Shown: in pieces, positions 1 to 12,700 of the stretch | Layout of the letters: every line of letters begins with the position of its first letter | Numbering within the stretch: the first letter of the stretch is position 1 | DNA from: Octopus sinensis | Lineage: Eukaryota | Direction: 5' to 3' | DNA: 64,000 nucleotides | Assembly (NCBI RefSeq): GCF_006345805.1 | Contig: NC_043007.1 | Location: 55,304,001-55,368,000 of the forward strand | Notes under the pieces: model-generated | What the model was told of the DNA's origin: nothing | The model's input: the letters and a program-made list of their open reading frames with translations, nothing else | The model's database searches: none | Translations under genes and position numbers: made by a program

Positions 1-59
1 CATCTGTAATCACTTACCGCCTGATCGCTGTCCCTTGCCCCGATTCATGGCTTAGCAAG

Positions 60-893
60 TTGGAACGAATCTTTTTCCGCTTTTTGTGGAAGGGAGGAAA
101 GCCACTTGTGAGGCGCTCCGTTTGCTGCCATGAACCGTTAAAGGGTGGGTTAGGAATGCCTTGGTTGATGATGCGCAGGCATGCGTTGAGGCTTCTGACT
201 TTATGGCAAAAGGAGTGCCGACAAGCACTCACGCTGATCCACAAGGCGGGCAAGGCCGGCTGCGGAAATACCACCTCGGTATTTTATAGCAGGCTGGTAG
301 AGGCAAAGAACGACGACGTCCTAGGAGGGGCTCTGAGGTTTGACGAAGACCAGCTTACCAACCTGTTTAAAAAGACTTTCAGGACGGGGTATTTGGATAA
401 CTTCCAAAGATCCCTGGCCTGGCAGTGTTATAGGAATGCTTTACCTGTTCGCGAGAAGTTATCGCGGCACGGAATTTCAGTACCACCGACGTGTCCAAGA
501 TGCGGGTTGAACGATGAAACCGTCCAGCACGCTTTTGTACACTGTCGGAAGTTGTCAGACTTGATAAGTTACGCAGAACACGTGTTATCGCATCTGGGAC
601 GAGTACAGCTGTCGGCTAAGTCTATGATTAAGATGATACCGCCAACTGGACTCTCGAAGGAAGGTGAGGCATGTTTTCACTGCACGGTTGCAGTAGTAAA
701 AGAATGCATGTGGCGTACAAGAATGGAAGGAGTCGCAATAGGATCCTTTGTCTCAGGCCCCGGCTTGCTCACTTACTTCAGATATCATCTGAAGAGCAAA
801 ATGGGGCTGGAAAAGAAGATCTTTCCACGAGGTGTGTATGAAAAAAGATGGAAGGAAGTGGCAAAAAAGGTGGGTGTCAGAAACCCAGCTTAA
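60..893 (+). pseudogene. LINE ORF2 C-terminal part (post-RT region with zinc finger), cut by the window edge
   Basis: LERIFFRFLWKG...GGLGMP and CPRC...ETVQHAFVHC motifs. Confidence 0.9.
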
Positions 894-1161
894 CTATGGA
901 TGGAGGAGAGGAAAGAAAAGCTGCGGGGCCTTATAGGTTGCCGGGGTTTAAAATATATCGGTAAGATCTCAAGCTATGTAATGTTGTAATGCTCTATTAG
1001 TCAATGCAAAGGACCATTTAAATACAAATTTTGTATAAGGAATAATCCATATATTATGGAAAATTTTTAATCGAACCACTTAACTGTTTTTTGTATGTAT
1101 GTCCTGTATTGTCCTTCTATGTAATGATTTTATGATCGTAATAAAGAAATTCGTCGACAAC

Positions 1162-1222
1162 CATGATTGTCACACGCTGATGAAAGGTAAACACCTTGAA
1201 ACTCGGGTACGTGTGTATCATG
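1162..1222 (+). ncRNA. Type I hammerhead ribozyme (GUA cleavage triplet, cut after 1209)
   Basis: CAUGAU-ugu-CACACG CUGAUGA AAGG-uaaaca-CCUU GAAAC ucgg GUA CGUGUG-u-AUCAUG: complete core and all three stems. Confidence 0.9.
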
Positions 1223-1426
1223 TGTTGAAGACGGGGAGGATGACTCCCCTTCACAAATACTGACAGGACACAGATAGTGTGTCTATAGCCAGCGGGAGGA
1301 GGTGTCCTCCTGGGGCTACAAACTACAGTAGCATCCACCCTTTTGGGTTAGCCATATTCAAATGGCATATATGCATCACGTTGTGTTACCGCTACTGTTT
1401 ATAACTCGCTCTGAGATTTATCATTG

Positions 1427-1470
<44 letters not shown>

Positions 1471-1544
1471 TATTTGCTATGCGAGAGCAACTGTTTCTGG
1501 AAGACCCACCTTGTCGTAATTGCTCGAAATGTGGAGTAGATAAA

Positions 1545-1743
1545 ACAGCCGACAACTGATGAAGGGTCGTTCTTTATGTTACTTATCTTGTTTTCCATTT
1601 GTTTCTTTCGTTGTTCGCAAAAAATGTTCATATTTCATGTTGATTTTGTATCTCCTTTTGTTTACGTTTTATCACGGTCTGTACCCATATATGCTTATGT
1701 ATACACATATATATGTAAGTATGTACACATATGTATGTATATA

Positions 1744-1790
<47 letters not shown>

Positions 1791-1835
1791 GCATATATAT
1801 TATTTATATTATTATATGATTGAACGCCACTCATC
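1545..1835. repeat. ~290-bp dispersed repeat ('Z'), also at 41725-41995
   Basis: Shared gccgacaactgatgaag...ttccatttgtttctttcgttgtt...tattatatgattgaacgc. Confidence 0.7.
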
Positions 1836-1862
1836 CGTTTCCAAGTATATGCATATATATAT

Positions 1863-2274
1863 AGGCGTAGGAGTGGCTGTGTGGTAAGTAGCTTGCTTAC
1901 GAACCACATGGTTCCAGGTTCAGTCCCACTGCATGGCACTTTGGGCAAGTGTCTTCTACTATAGCCTCGGGCCGACCAAAGCCTTGTGAGTGGATTTAGT
2001 GGACGGAATCTGAAAGAAGCCCGTCGTATATATGTATATATATGTATGTGTGTGTATATGTTTGTGTGTCTGTGTTTGTCCCCCCTCCCCAACATTACTT
2101 GACAACCGATGCTAGCATGTTTATGTCCTCGTAACTTAGCGGTTCGGCAAAAGAGACCGATAGAATAAGTACTAGGCTTACAAAGAATAAGTCCTGGGGT
2201 CGATTTGTTCGACTAAAGGAGGTGATCCAGCATGGCTACAGTCACATGACTGAAGCCAGTAAAAGAGTAAAAGA

Positions 2275-2276
<2 letters not shown>
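1863..2276 (+). mobile_element. tRNA-derived SINE with a LINE-derived 3' tail
   Basis: A-box-like TGGCTGTGTGG, B-box-like GGTTCAGTCCC, tail ggtgatccagcatggctacagtc...taaaagagtaaaagag; more copies in the window. Confidence 0.8.
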
Positions 2277-2334
<58 letters not shown>

Positions 2335-2337
<3 letters not shown>

Positions 2338-2500
2338 GGTGTAAGCGTGGGTTTGTTTTAGAAAGCTTGGTTACCAACCAAATGGTTCTGGGTTTAGTCC
2401 CACTGCGTGGTACTTTTTCCCATCGTTTTCTACTACAGCTTTGGGTCGACCAAAGCCTTGGGAGTTGATTTGGTAGACGGAAACAGAAGGAAGCGTGTCG
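2335..2500 (+). mobile_element. tRNA-derived SINE, 5' part (same family as 1863)
   Basis: ggttctgggtttagtcccactgcgtgg...gaccaaagccttg...gacggaaacagaaggaagc. Confidence 0.7.
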
Positions 2501-2592
<92 letters not shown>

Positions 2593-3104
2593 AAGAGAGA
2601 GAATATCGATAAACAGTTAAAAAAGTGAATTGAAACATCTTCGGAAGACTAGTGAGAAAAATGTATTGCACCAAAGTTGGGTCAATAGTGAGTTCAATAC
2701 ACAGTAACTATACGGTACATCTAAATTGTTAAAACATGTCAGACTAGAGCTTGATAGCTTGAAATTAGCTGTATCCTTTTGTAATGGAAATTATTAAGGA
2801 GAACTGGCAAAAGCTTTTTTAGCAAAATTAATTTTTAGCAAATTGGAAGAAATGTGTATAAAAATTTACATTTTGTCTCAGTAGATGGCGTCACTTTTGT
2901 TAATCAATCCTCCCCATACTTGCGTTCTTCTGTCATCATGACAACCGCCGTCCCAATTAGATGCTCTGCCGTTCATTGTTACCTATGAAGAACTGTAACT
3001 TCGGAGCTATACCACGTAGTCTGGTGCTCAAGAAGTCTTGTTGGGATGACAGTGCTACTTAGTTATTGGTTTCAAGTTTTGGCACAGGGCCAGCAATTTC
3101 GAAG

Positions 3105-3270
3105 GAAGGGATATGTCGATTATTTCGAGCAACTAGTACTTATTTTATAGACCGCGAAAAGAATGAAAGACAAAGTCAATCTCAGTGGATTTTGAACTCA
3201 GAACGTAAAGATGAACGAAATGCCGCTAAACATTTTGCCTGGCATGCTAACAATTCTACCAGCTCGGCGT
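3105..3270 (-). mobile_element. tRNA-derived SINE, second family
   Basis: Reverse complement gagctggtagaattgttagc...acgttctgagttcaaa matches 15196-15410. Confidence 0.7.
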
Positions 3271-4844
3271 TTTAATGCTACTTAGTTATTAGATGCCCTT
3301 CTTATTACATTGCAGTCACCTCTTTTTTATTGATTCGGAAACCGTATTTCATGCAGCTGGTCACTACTTGGTTCTTAGACTATATAATTGTATTTTCACA
3401 CTAACACGGGCTGTGAATGTTGCTACTTTGTGGTTTATCAATCATACTGGTCAGTGCAGGGCTGTATGATGCACTTCACGAAGATTGATTTAATCCACTT
3501 TTCGTTTTGCGGCTCCAAGAAGAGAAGCTGAATTCTTAGCTATATTTTGCTACACTGTCTCAACTGAAGATCAAAAGAATGTCTACTTGAAACGGCGAAC
3601 GAATATTTCACAAGTTCTAGTTACAGCAGACTAGGTTACATTCCGGGAACTGTACTGGACATACCGCCTTGGAAGTGTGTTTGTTAATTTTCTTAGCTTC
3701 ATGGTATGGCAATCCAACTGACGGCAGCAGTTTCAATAGTTTAGAATGTTCACAATATGAATATTACATGCACAATTTTACATATAATTTTCATAAATAA
3801 CTGAAAAAAATTATTAAATTCAAGAAAATGTTCTTTTTTCTTAATAAAAAAGAGGTAACAACAAATTCTGTGTTTTAAAATGTTTGATTTAAATAAGAAG
3901 AATAAATAGAATATATATATATATCTGCATATATTCTGAAGTATAAAATATAAGATATTTCAAGCAAATAGATAGTGAAGTGTATATAAATAATTGAAAT
4001 TTATGTCATTATAAAAATATAAATATAAAAGAGTATGTAATAGAAATAATTAATGTAAATAGTGCGATAAATATTTAAAAAATAAAATATTATTTTTCTT
4101 TTATTTGTACGAAACGTATAACTTAGATATAATTAAATAATGAAAAAGAATTGCGGTTAAATTTATCACTTTAACTCATTGGAATACGCTAAATGAACAT
4201 GTTTGTTGGGTATTATACATGATAAATTAAAAAAAGACAAAATCTTTTTCCAAAAAAAAAAAAGACAAGGATTTTTTATGTGTAAAAACACGTAACTATA
4301 AAAATCTAGGAATATAACATCAACATCAAGCTTTATGGTTATTTTTAAAATGCTTTCAGATAACAAGCACAAGTAACGTAAGATCAATTCACATGGAAGT
4401 TGGAGAGGACACATGAACTAAAATTAAATAGATGATATTTCAAGTTTTGGCTAACAACATTTTATAATTGCCGATAAAACATCATATGCACATGTTAATA
4501 CTGTGTGTAAATATATAGATAATGGTTTCTGATGTTAATAAGAAGTGAGTGAAATTACAGTTGTTTCTAAAAGCAATTTGTTATGGCTTTTAAAGTTAGA
4601 AAAAAGTTGCGTTTTTGTCTAGGAAATCAAAATCAAATTGAAAACAGAAATGGCTTGATAAATAAAAGCATCTCACTGTGAGTAAAATATTATGGCACCA
4701 GTTCTATGTATATTTAATACTCGTGGAAATAAAAAAGAACAAATTCTAGGATATTAGATATGAAAATAGCTCAAATGAAATTATAAAAATATGGAAGGGC
4801 AATATATACCCATTTATTCTTGTTTCAGATTTTGGACTGTATAC

Positions 4845-4961
4845 ATACATACATACATACATACATACATACATACATACATACATACATACATACATAC
4901 ATACATACATACATACATACATACATACATACATACATACATACATACATACATACATACA
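4845..4961. repeat. (TACA)n microsatellite
   Basis: Direct inspection; similar tracts at ~5470-5563 and ~6455-6565. Confidence 0.95.
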
Positions 4962-5564
4962 TGGTGGTGGCTGCCCCCTCGTTATTGAGTATGGCCATTG
5001 CACGAAGTTTAATCAATGTTGTTATCGTGCAATGCCTGTGCAAGAAGATTTTTTTTAAAGTGAGGAAAGGCTGTGCACTGAGTCAATCCCACTCACTAAG
5101 TCAATCCCACTCACTAAGTCAACATCATCGGTAACCGCTGAGCCGCAGGTTTTATATCGGAGTTATCCCAGTTACCTGAGTTACCTTCTCCTAGAAGGAT
5201 GCCCTAACAAAGGCTAGGAGTCCTTCACTCCCAATGTTTTAATCGCGCGATCGGGTATTCAGTCCGATTATTTCTGTCCCCGCGCATGATACAGCCTTAA
5301 GATATTTATTGGATGGCCGTTGACTCTCAAGAGTTCCTCCGCCCTTTGAAGGGTTTTGTTTTTCATCCCGCAAGCTTGGTGGGGTTGCCGGTTTAGTCGC
5401 CGACGACACGAGCATGCAACAGGTTGTACTGGGTTACATGTTACCAGTAGCACTCGAAAGTGACCTGACATAACATACATACATCCATACATGCATGCAT
5501 ACATACATACATACATACATACATACATACATACATACATACATACATACATACATACATACAT

Positions 5565-6330
5565 AACTGCTAAAGATATTAATGTAACCCATAATTTCTT
5601 TGTAGATGACCTCAAGATTTACGCTAAAAATGTTAATAATGCCCATCCCCCCTCCAAAAAAAACCCAGCTGGAATTAATAACAACATTTTCAGCTGACAT
5701 AAGAACAGAATTTGGCCAGAAGAAATGTTCTTATTTGATTGATGAACAAGGAAAATCAGTCTCCAGACCCAAAACCTGTGCATCAATGGTATCACTATTT
5801 CTCCTGCCGCACACAAAGAATGCTACAAGTATCTAGGCATTGATGAAAATATACCATACGAAGGTAATATGTATAAAGACAGAGTGACTCAAGAAGATTA
5901 CACCAGACTTAGAAAAATATGGCAGTTCAAACTCTCAGTACTGATTCCAACATTTGGAATACTTGACTGGTCTGTAAAAGAAATTCCCGAACATCAACTG
6001 GATATCTCCACAAAAATAGTGATATCGACGGTGATATCAGAAGAGATAACGGAAATAAACAACATACAATGCCATCCAGAAAAAATTGTCCTGGAATAAA
6101 TATAGGGAATCCTTTTGTTATAGAATACGTACACAAATATCAGCACAAAGAATACTGGTGGAACTTTCCCATTATAACATCTATCAAGTGCAAGCATAAT
6201 AGGCCGGATATTGTTTTGAGAGAGAAAGAATATGTACCGTCATAGAGGCCAGCTATCCTGCTGATGTGAATATCGCTTCGGAAGAGAAAGATGGACAACT
6301 GTTTTGACAGCTACAGTTTCTATAGAAATT
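5565..6330 (+). mobile_element. Degenerate RLE-type LINE fragment (R4/Dong-like): RT C-terminus and endonuclease motif
   Basis: Broken frames give FFVDDLKIY, EFGQKKC, YKYLGIDE, RLRKIW and HNRPDIVL. Confidence 0.75.
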
Positions 6331-6599
6331 AGTCAAATGACCCGCTCAATTTAAATGCAATCTGTAAGCGTTGTCTATATTCCAAAGATGGAACTTTGTA
6401 TTTTTGCTAGAATTCAGCTCCTTCTTTAAATGAAGAATTTTTAAACAAAATGAACATGCATACATGCTTACATACATACATACATACATAAATACATACA
6501 TACATACATACATACATACATACATACATACATACATACATACATACATACATGCATGCATACATGAAATAAGAGATAACTACTAAATACCCGATAAAC

Positions 6600-7230
6600 A
6601 AGAGAGAGAACAGATGTCACCAAACCTCCACGAACTAATAAAAAACACCGGTCATGCTATATTAGTGTGGAAGATATTGCCCTCATCAGTCGCAGTTGCC
6701 TCAAAATGTCAACAAGAATTCTATCTGCCCTTGAGAAATGATATTGTAGCAAAAGCTGTTTACAATGCTATCTGCAGGAAGAGTTGCTTTGGCGAATATA
6801 TCAAAGGCATATGAGAATCGGAATGTACTTATACAAGGAATACTTCAATAGAAACATCAATTCGGTACAAACATAACAGACCTGATATTGTTCAGTGGGA
6901 CGGGGAAACAAAAGTCATGCAGCGTTATCAGAGGTAAGCTCTCCAGCAGAAGTGAACGTACCATCAGAACTTCAGGAAAAAGAAAATTTATGGTGAACTT
7001 ACAGCTCATGTTCCTTGGCTATAAATCTTCATTTGCACTTATTATCATAGGTGCATTAGACTATGTAACTCCATAGTTTCGTGCAAAAATATAGAAATGC
7101 TAGGATTTTCTTTGAAAGAGCAAAATAAACTGACGCGCGTCCTTCAAACCCAAGCCTATTTAGCGGAAAAGATGGTCGCTAGAAAAGTAGAAAATTTGAA
7201 GGCAAAACTGAGAAGCATTAATTAGATCAT
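6600..7230 (+). mobile_element. Second R4/Dong-like LINE 3' fragment (zinc-finger remnant plus RLE)
   Basis: RNDIVAKAVY, HNRPDIVQW and IIIGALDYV in broken frames. Confidence 0.7.
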
Positions 7231-7721
7231 CAAGAAACTATGTGACAGCTGGTTTCTGATTCATTGTTTCTGGTATGGAATGAGCACGTAATCATAACAA
7301 GTATTGACGCCATTTGCTTCTGAGTGAATCACACAAGAAGGCAGAAAGCTGTAGAAAGAAACAGCTATTAGACTTTCAGAGACAAACTATTGTTCTTTTC
7401 AAGAGTGAAAATCTGACTTGGGAACTGACTAAATGTTTGACTGTGTTACCGAACGTCTTTCAACTATCACAATACTGTTGTTGCAACTTTGAAACTTTGT
7501 TTACCTCAAATAGATCTTGTGAAAATATAAATTGGCATTTCACGAATTTTCCGCTTTTCTAGCGACCATACTGTATAAAAAGTAATGAAGCACACACGCG
7601 CGCGCACACAGACACACACAGACACGGACACACAGACACACACACGCACAGTCACAGACCCCCATCCACGCACACACGCACACACGCACGCGCGCACAAA
7701 CACACACACGCGCGCGCTCAT

Positions 7722-7870
7722 AGTACGGATGCGTGGTTAAGAAGTTTGTTTCGTGACCACAAACAAACTTTTGGGCGAGTTTCTTATACTATAGCCTGAG
7801 GTTGATCTATGCCATGTGAGCTTGACTGAAGTTCAATGTCCGAAACAAGTAAAATAATAAAAGAATAAAA
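7722..7870 (+). mobile_element. Internally deleted SINE
   Basis: gcgtggttaagaagtttg...ctatagcctgagg...gaaacaagtaaaataataaaagaataaaa tail. Confidence 0.55.
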
Positions 7871-10800
7871 TTAGCATTTATCCTATTTAGATTTTAGATT
7901 AGACCTTCATTCAAATCAGAATAGACACAAGTCTTCAACAATCCTTGAAAATATCCTTTGTAGACTATCCTCTTTCTTTCTTTTCACGGTTTAGCTAGGG
8001 TGAGAGCCAATGTCATGACACATTTTTAATCTTTCGTAGGGTCTCAAGATTGGTTCGGAGAAGGGAGACACTTATTCTCAAACTGAATATCTCGTTCACA
8101 TACTTGCAATAGAATGAACTTAGCTATAGCACCCAAGAATCAGATGGTATTGTTAAAGATATCCAGTGGTAATGTACTCAAGAACTAGGTGACGGCTTTA
8201 AAGGTATTCAAGGACTACGTGGTGCTCTTATATGTACCCACCAACCATGCACTGGCGTTAATTTTACCTAACAAGTATAACATGGTGTAAAACTGGGCGA
8301 TAGATTAAGTGTACCGCTCAAGAACACTTTAGCAATTGATGTGAAACGATAATAACGAGTCATCTTTGTGAATGTTCAGTAACAAAGAGGTGACTGTCAA
8401 TATTTGGAATTTTAAGAGACTTCTTTGAAATTTCAAATTTTCCGGGCAATTTTTCCATAAACCCTTCCACAAGTTTCTTATAGATATCTTTTTCTTCATT
8501 CTATGAACTCTTTGTAAAGCAATATCGTATATCTGCTTTGTTCCTTTGAAGTTACATAGAAATATTATTCAATAATATGATTTAATATTAGATCTATTCA
8601 ATGATTAATTGCTAAATTCTCATACAACTAATTTGCAAAATAACATTTTTTAATTTTTAAAAGCATTTCTTTTCTTCTTAGGTTATTAAAATCAAGACTG
8701 ATTTACTTCCTTAAATATACATAACAAATATTGATATTCCATTCTGAGCAATCTAATATATATTCAGACTCACAATCACCATAATGACTAAATATTTCTA
8801 TTAGAATAGCTAAATTAAAATCACTGATTGGAACCGGAACAACAAGACAACAATGTTGAAATGAGATGAAAACGGCTTTCATGTTCGAGGTAACAAAAAC
8901 CTGAAATTTGCAATGTCTAAATTTGAAATAGAATTGGAATAGAAACTTCTATCGCTTATGGGTATTCACTGTTGTGTGAAACTTGAAAACATACTGTGCT
9001 TCTGACAAAATTCTCTATATGTATACTCTGCAACAAGAACAAGAATAAGAATACACACATTCACATACACCTGAGTGTGTGCGTGTGTGTGTATGTGTAT
9101 GTGCTGCGTGTGTGCACGTGAGAGTGTGGATATGTGTGTTTGGGTAGGTGTGTTCTGTGCTTGCGTCTTTTAATAAAAACACATTCTGCCTGGTTGTGAA
9201 AAAGGAAATACTGTAGTTAGACCAGAAATTTCATTTGCTTTTTGACAAGTTTCAACTTTTGTTAAAGCGCAAGTAGAGAGAGGTTACTGATTCCTGGTCA
9301 CCAGGAGAATAGTAGCATGTGACAAATTAAAAATATTGGTTAGACTAATATGCAAAACAGTGTGAGTGTTGGTAACATGATTTATCTCTTAGAAGCCATT
9401 TGAATTGTGGTGCTGCATGGATGGACTGTATTTGTAACATACACACGCACACACGTACAAGCATATGCGTAAATACGCACATATTGTACTTATCCAAATA
9501 ATCCGAGAAATTATTAGATAATCTAGATTTCCAAAGGTCAGCATTAGTGACCCCAGATCTTTAGAATAAAATCTAGTGAAGTGCATTATGTAAAATTACG
9601 AAAACACGAGAGGGAGGATATAATTTAAATTTATAGCTGAAACTAGCCCACTTCCCAAGATGCTAATATCATTGGAAAGGAAATAAATGCCACAACATCT
9701 ATTTCCTTTATTTGTTCTTGATAGAAAAGTAATATTTTAAACAATAGTGTAGTATATTTTCTTTCACGAAAAGCAGAACACTTCACTTCGCACTTATCTG
9801 TTTTTCGGCCAACGCCACTAAACTCAAATAAATTGATAAGAACTGTACACCAGAATAAAGAAGCAAATGACTTTAGTTACATTGTAAACGAAGAAGATTC
9901 TAACAAGAATTGTATTTTCAAGGTTGCTGATCACGAACTCCGTCTGTAATAGATTTAATTCTTTAAAAACGAGATGTATATTTGTACACAAAATATATTT
10001 CTAAATATATTCATATATAATGTTTGTGATCCTTAGGCTTATTTGGGAAGAGCGTTTCACATAGCTGTAGACCCATGAATCAAAGACTGTATACAATGTA
10101 TACATATTTCAGATGATGATAATCAAAGAAAGAATTAGTATGAAGGTTCATAGTTGTCATTTAGCCTAAGGCTGACATTTACCTTGCAGACGTATGATCA
10201 AAACATTCCAGCCTTTACTCAGTTATAATATAGTCAGGAATACAATCTATAATATCCAGTCATTCTTCATTTTTAAAATATTGGAGCGTGGTTTGAGTGA
10301 GATTTAGCTGCTACAATTTGTTAGTCGTGCAACCATTTAAAGGATCTTTCGTTGGATCAACCAATAGATTCATGTAAATGTAAATCACAATTGGTAACTT
10401 TTGAATATGCTATTTTCAGTACTGTATACACTAGTGCATACATAATTTCTGTTATAAACTTGTAGTAGTAGGCTTGTAGAATAATATAAAAACTAAGTAA
10501 TTGATTATTTAGGTTACATTGTTTGCGATGAAAATTATGTCATATTCACTGCATTGGGAACATAACAGAGCACGACGATGAAACATTCTGTAAATAAAAT
10601 GTTTGAATATAAAATCAATGATATAAGGGAATTTGAATATAGAATGTGTGTCTGTTGATTAAAAATCTCCGTCAAATGATGTTGAGATAGGGCACATCTT
10701 CTCTTAAAACTTATTGAAATCACAGTTGGTTCCTATCAGTGGTAGAATGTAAGAAAATTTCAAGAAGGAGTTTAATCACGCCATTTTCAGTTCTCGAATT

Positions 10801-12507
10801 AGAACTCAGAATGCATAGAACCATATATAAGGTCAAAGATTTTGTTCCACACAATCACTGCTTCTGTAATCCATTGCAGTTCGTTTTCTCAAATTATTAC
10901 AAACTCTAACATCTTATTTTATATTTCTTTAATTTTGAGTTAGATGTACCAACTAAGATGTTGAGTTAGATGTGCCAACTGAGATGTTTATCTCCCAAAG
11001 AAAATAATGTTTTATATTATATATACCTTTACCACCGATGTTGTATTCTATTTGTGCCCGAACACTAGCAAACGTTGTTCTATATTTAATTACAAGTTTG
11101 GTAAATACTATCATATTTGTGGTCCTCCGTCATAAAATCATACTGTCCACAACACTTGTTGTATGAGCAACACGTCATCTTGTAGCAGTTCCGCTATTTA
11201 TTCCTTGATTTCCGCTAGTTTTTCATCTACAACAACTAAACCTCATATGTAGCCTACAGCATATTCTAATCAGTCTTCCATTCTACTTCACATCAAGTTC
11301 CATACAATACGAATAGAACTGTAACAGCAAATAACGGAAAACACAGTGTAGCTTGTTGATGACGTCAGAGGTACTATTTTTATGGAATGCCAAAAGGAAC
11401 AAGACCTATTTATTTGTATAACTCTTCTATACATTTTTCTTCTTTCTCTAAGAATTCGATGATTTCGTATAATTTTCCTGCTATTTCACAGTCAGCAATA
11501 CAAAGATATGGATTTTCCCTAACTACTTGAATTAATTCTGTAGGACACCATCCACGTGAAGAGGAAAATATCCTAGGGAAGCTAAGATCCTTTTTAATAA
11601 CTGCGTTCAAGAAACCAAGCTAAACGCCATTTTCAAGTAAACTGTACAATTTTATTGTATAAAGATATTATGCTTCTGCATAATGTTTTAGTTTAATTTA
11701 TTTGTAGTTTAATTACGGCTTATTCAATTTATCATTGCTTGGATACAAAATATATGGCAGCAGCAATTCTTACAAATAAATAAAATAATGAAGGAACAGC
11801 AACAAACAATATATAATCAATTCTAGGATTCTTACATTACAAATGGTTTTTGAGAAACTCGAATTTCCAAGTTAGGAAAACGTGTTATTTGTCGTTGCTG
11901 TAGGAATACATCACATGATCAATTTATTACATCATTATTATATGTACTTACACAAATCGACTCAATAATTTGAGCATGCAATTTAGAGCTACCTATCTTA
12001 CAATACTCGATTTTGATCTTATAAAATATAATTTTAACCACCCTTAAAAATAAAGCAGCAACAGTTAAATGCTAAAAAAACCTTTCACAAAACAAAAACC
12101 AAAATAACACTGAAGTTTTTAAAGGTTCTATTTGTATCACTTTCGATTTGGGTTTTGTGTCTGTTTTTCTTAATATAAAAAAACGCGAGTATTGTTTTCT
12201 TTCTGAAACAGTACTTAAATAAAATAATTTTGACGAGGAGAACGTCAGGTTTCTCAGACAGGATATGACAGTTTGATTCATTCTCGGTGATTATTTTATT
12301 GACTCAGAAGAAACATAATTAAAATTCGGAAGAAAAAACAATTCAGCAATAAATGTTTGGTTATAGATAAAAGGACACGGAATGGCCACCTAAATTTATA
12401 TATGATTGTAGTCACTCGTGGTCCGAGAAAGACGGTTCTTTAGTTTCTTCCTGAATAACCTGCACAAATAATTTGTTTACACTGATCAGATGTTTGTGCT
12501 GTATATT

Positions 12508-12700
12508 AGTGTACTCGCCACCCAATCAATTCGATGTTACCAGAACAAGTTCGCAGTTTATCACACTCGAGGCATCGGTCTGATCGCAGAGCAACATGAA
12601 ATGAAGTATTTTGCTTAAGAACACAACGTCCCATCCGGTCCAGGAATTGAAACCACGTTCTCGCGATGCAGCATCCTGACCACTTGGCCATGCGCATCAC
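12508..12700 (-). mobile_element. tRNA-derived SINE
   Basis: Reverse complement has tggccaagtggtcaggatgc (A box) and ggtttcaattcc (B box), followed by a CORE-like segment. Confidence 0.6.

Larger units (their letters stand above)
1..1432 (+). mobile_element. 3' fragment of a Tx1/L1-clade non-LTR retrotransposon: ORF2 C-terminus plus a structured 3' terminal region
   Basis: ORF 60..893 has the zf-RVT-like motif (WQCYRNALPVREKL...CPRCGLNDETVQHAFVHC) and is colinear with ORF 39891..40910. The 3' region is homologous to 41190-41533 and ends at (TA)n. Confidence 0.9.

Noticed and set aside
1556-1580. CTGATGA in the Z repeat (also ~41735)
   Set aside because: No stem II-GAAAC-NUH continuation; at most a truncated relic.
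3330-3740. Very decayed Tc1/mariner-like transposase N-terminus on the minus strand
   Set aside because: Many stops and only a vague resemblance; too weak to list.
5150-5470. LINE 5'UTR-like minus-strand pieces that might hold an HDV-like ribozyme
   Set aside because: I could not assign P1 and P3/L3 consistently.
8810-8890. Possible host exon (ttctattag ... gag|gtaaca) with an in-frame TGA
   Set aside because: The only long frame has a stop, there is no recognisable protein, and there is no evidence for selenocysteine recoding.
11410-11610. 66-aa minus-strand ORF with protein-like composition
   Set aside because: Preceded by an in-frame stop, with no ATG, no motif and no supported splice partners; may be a decayed coding relic.
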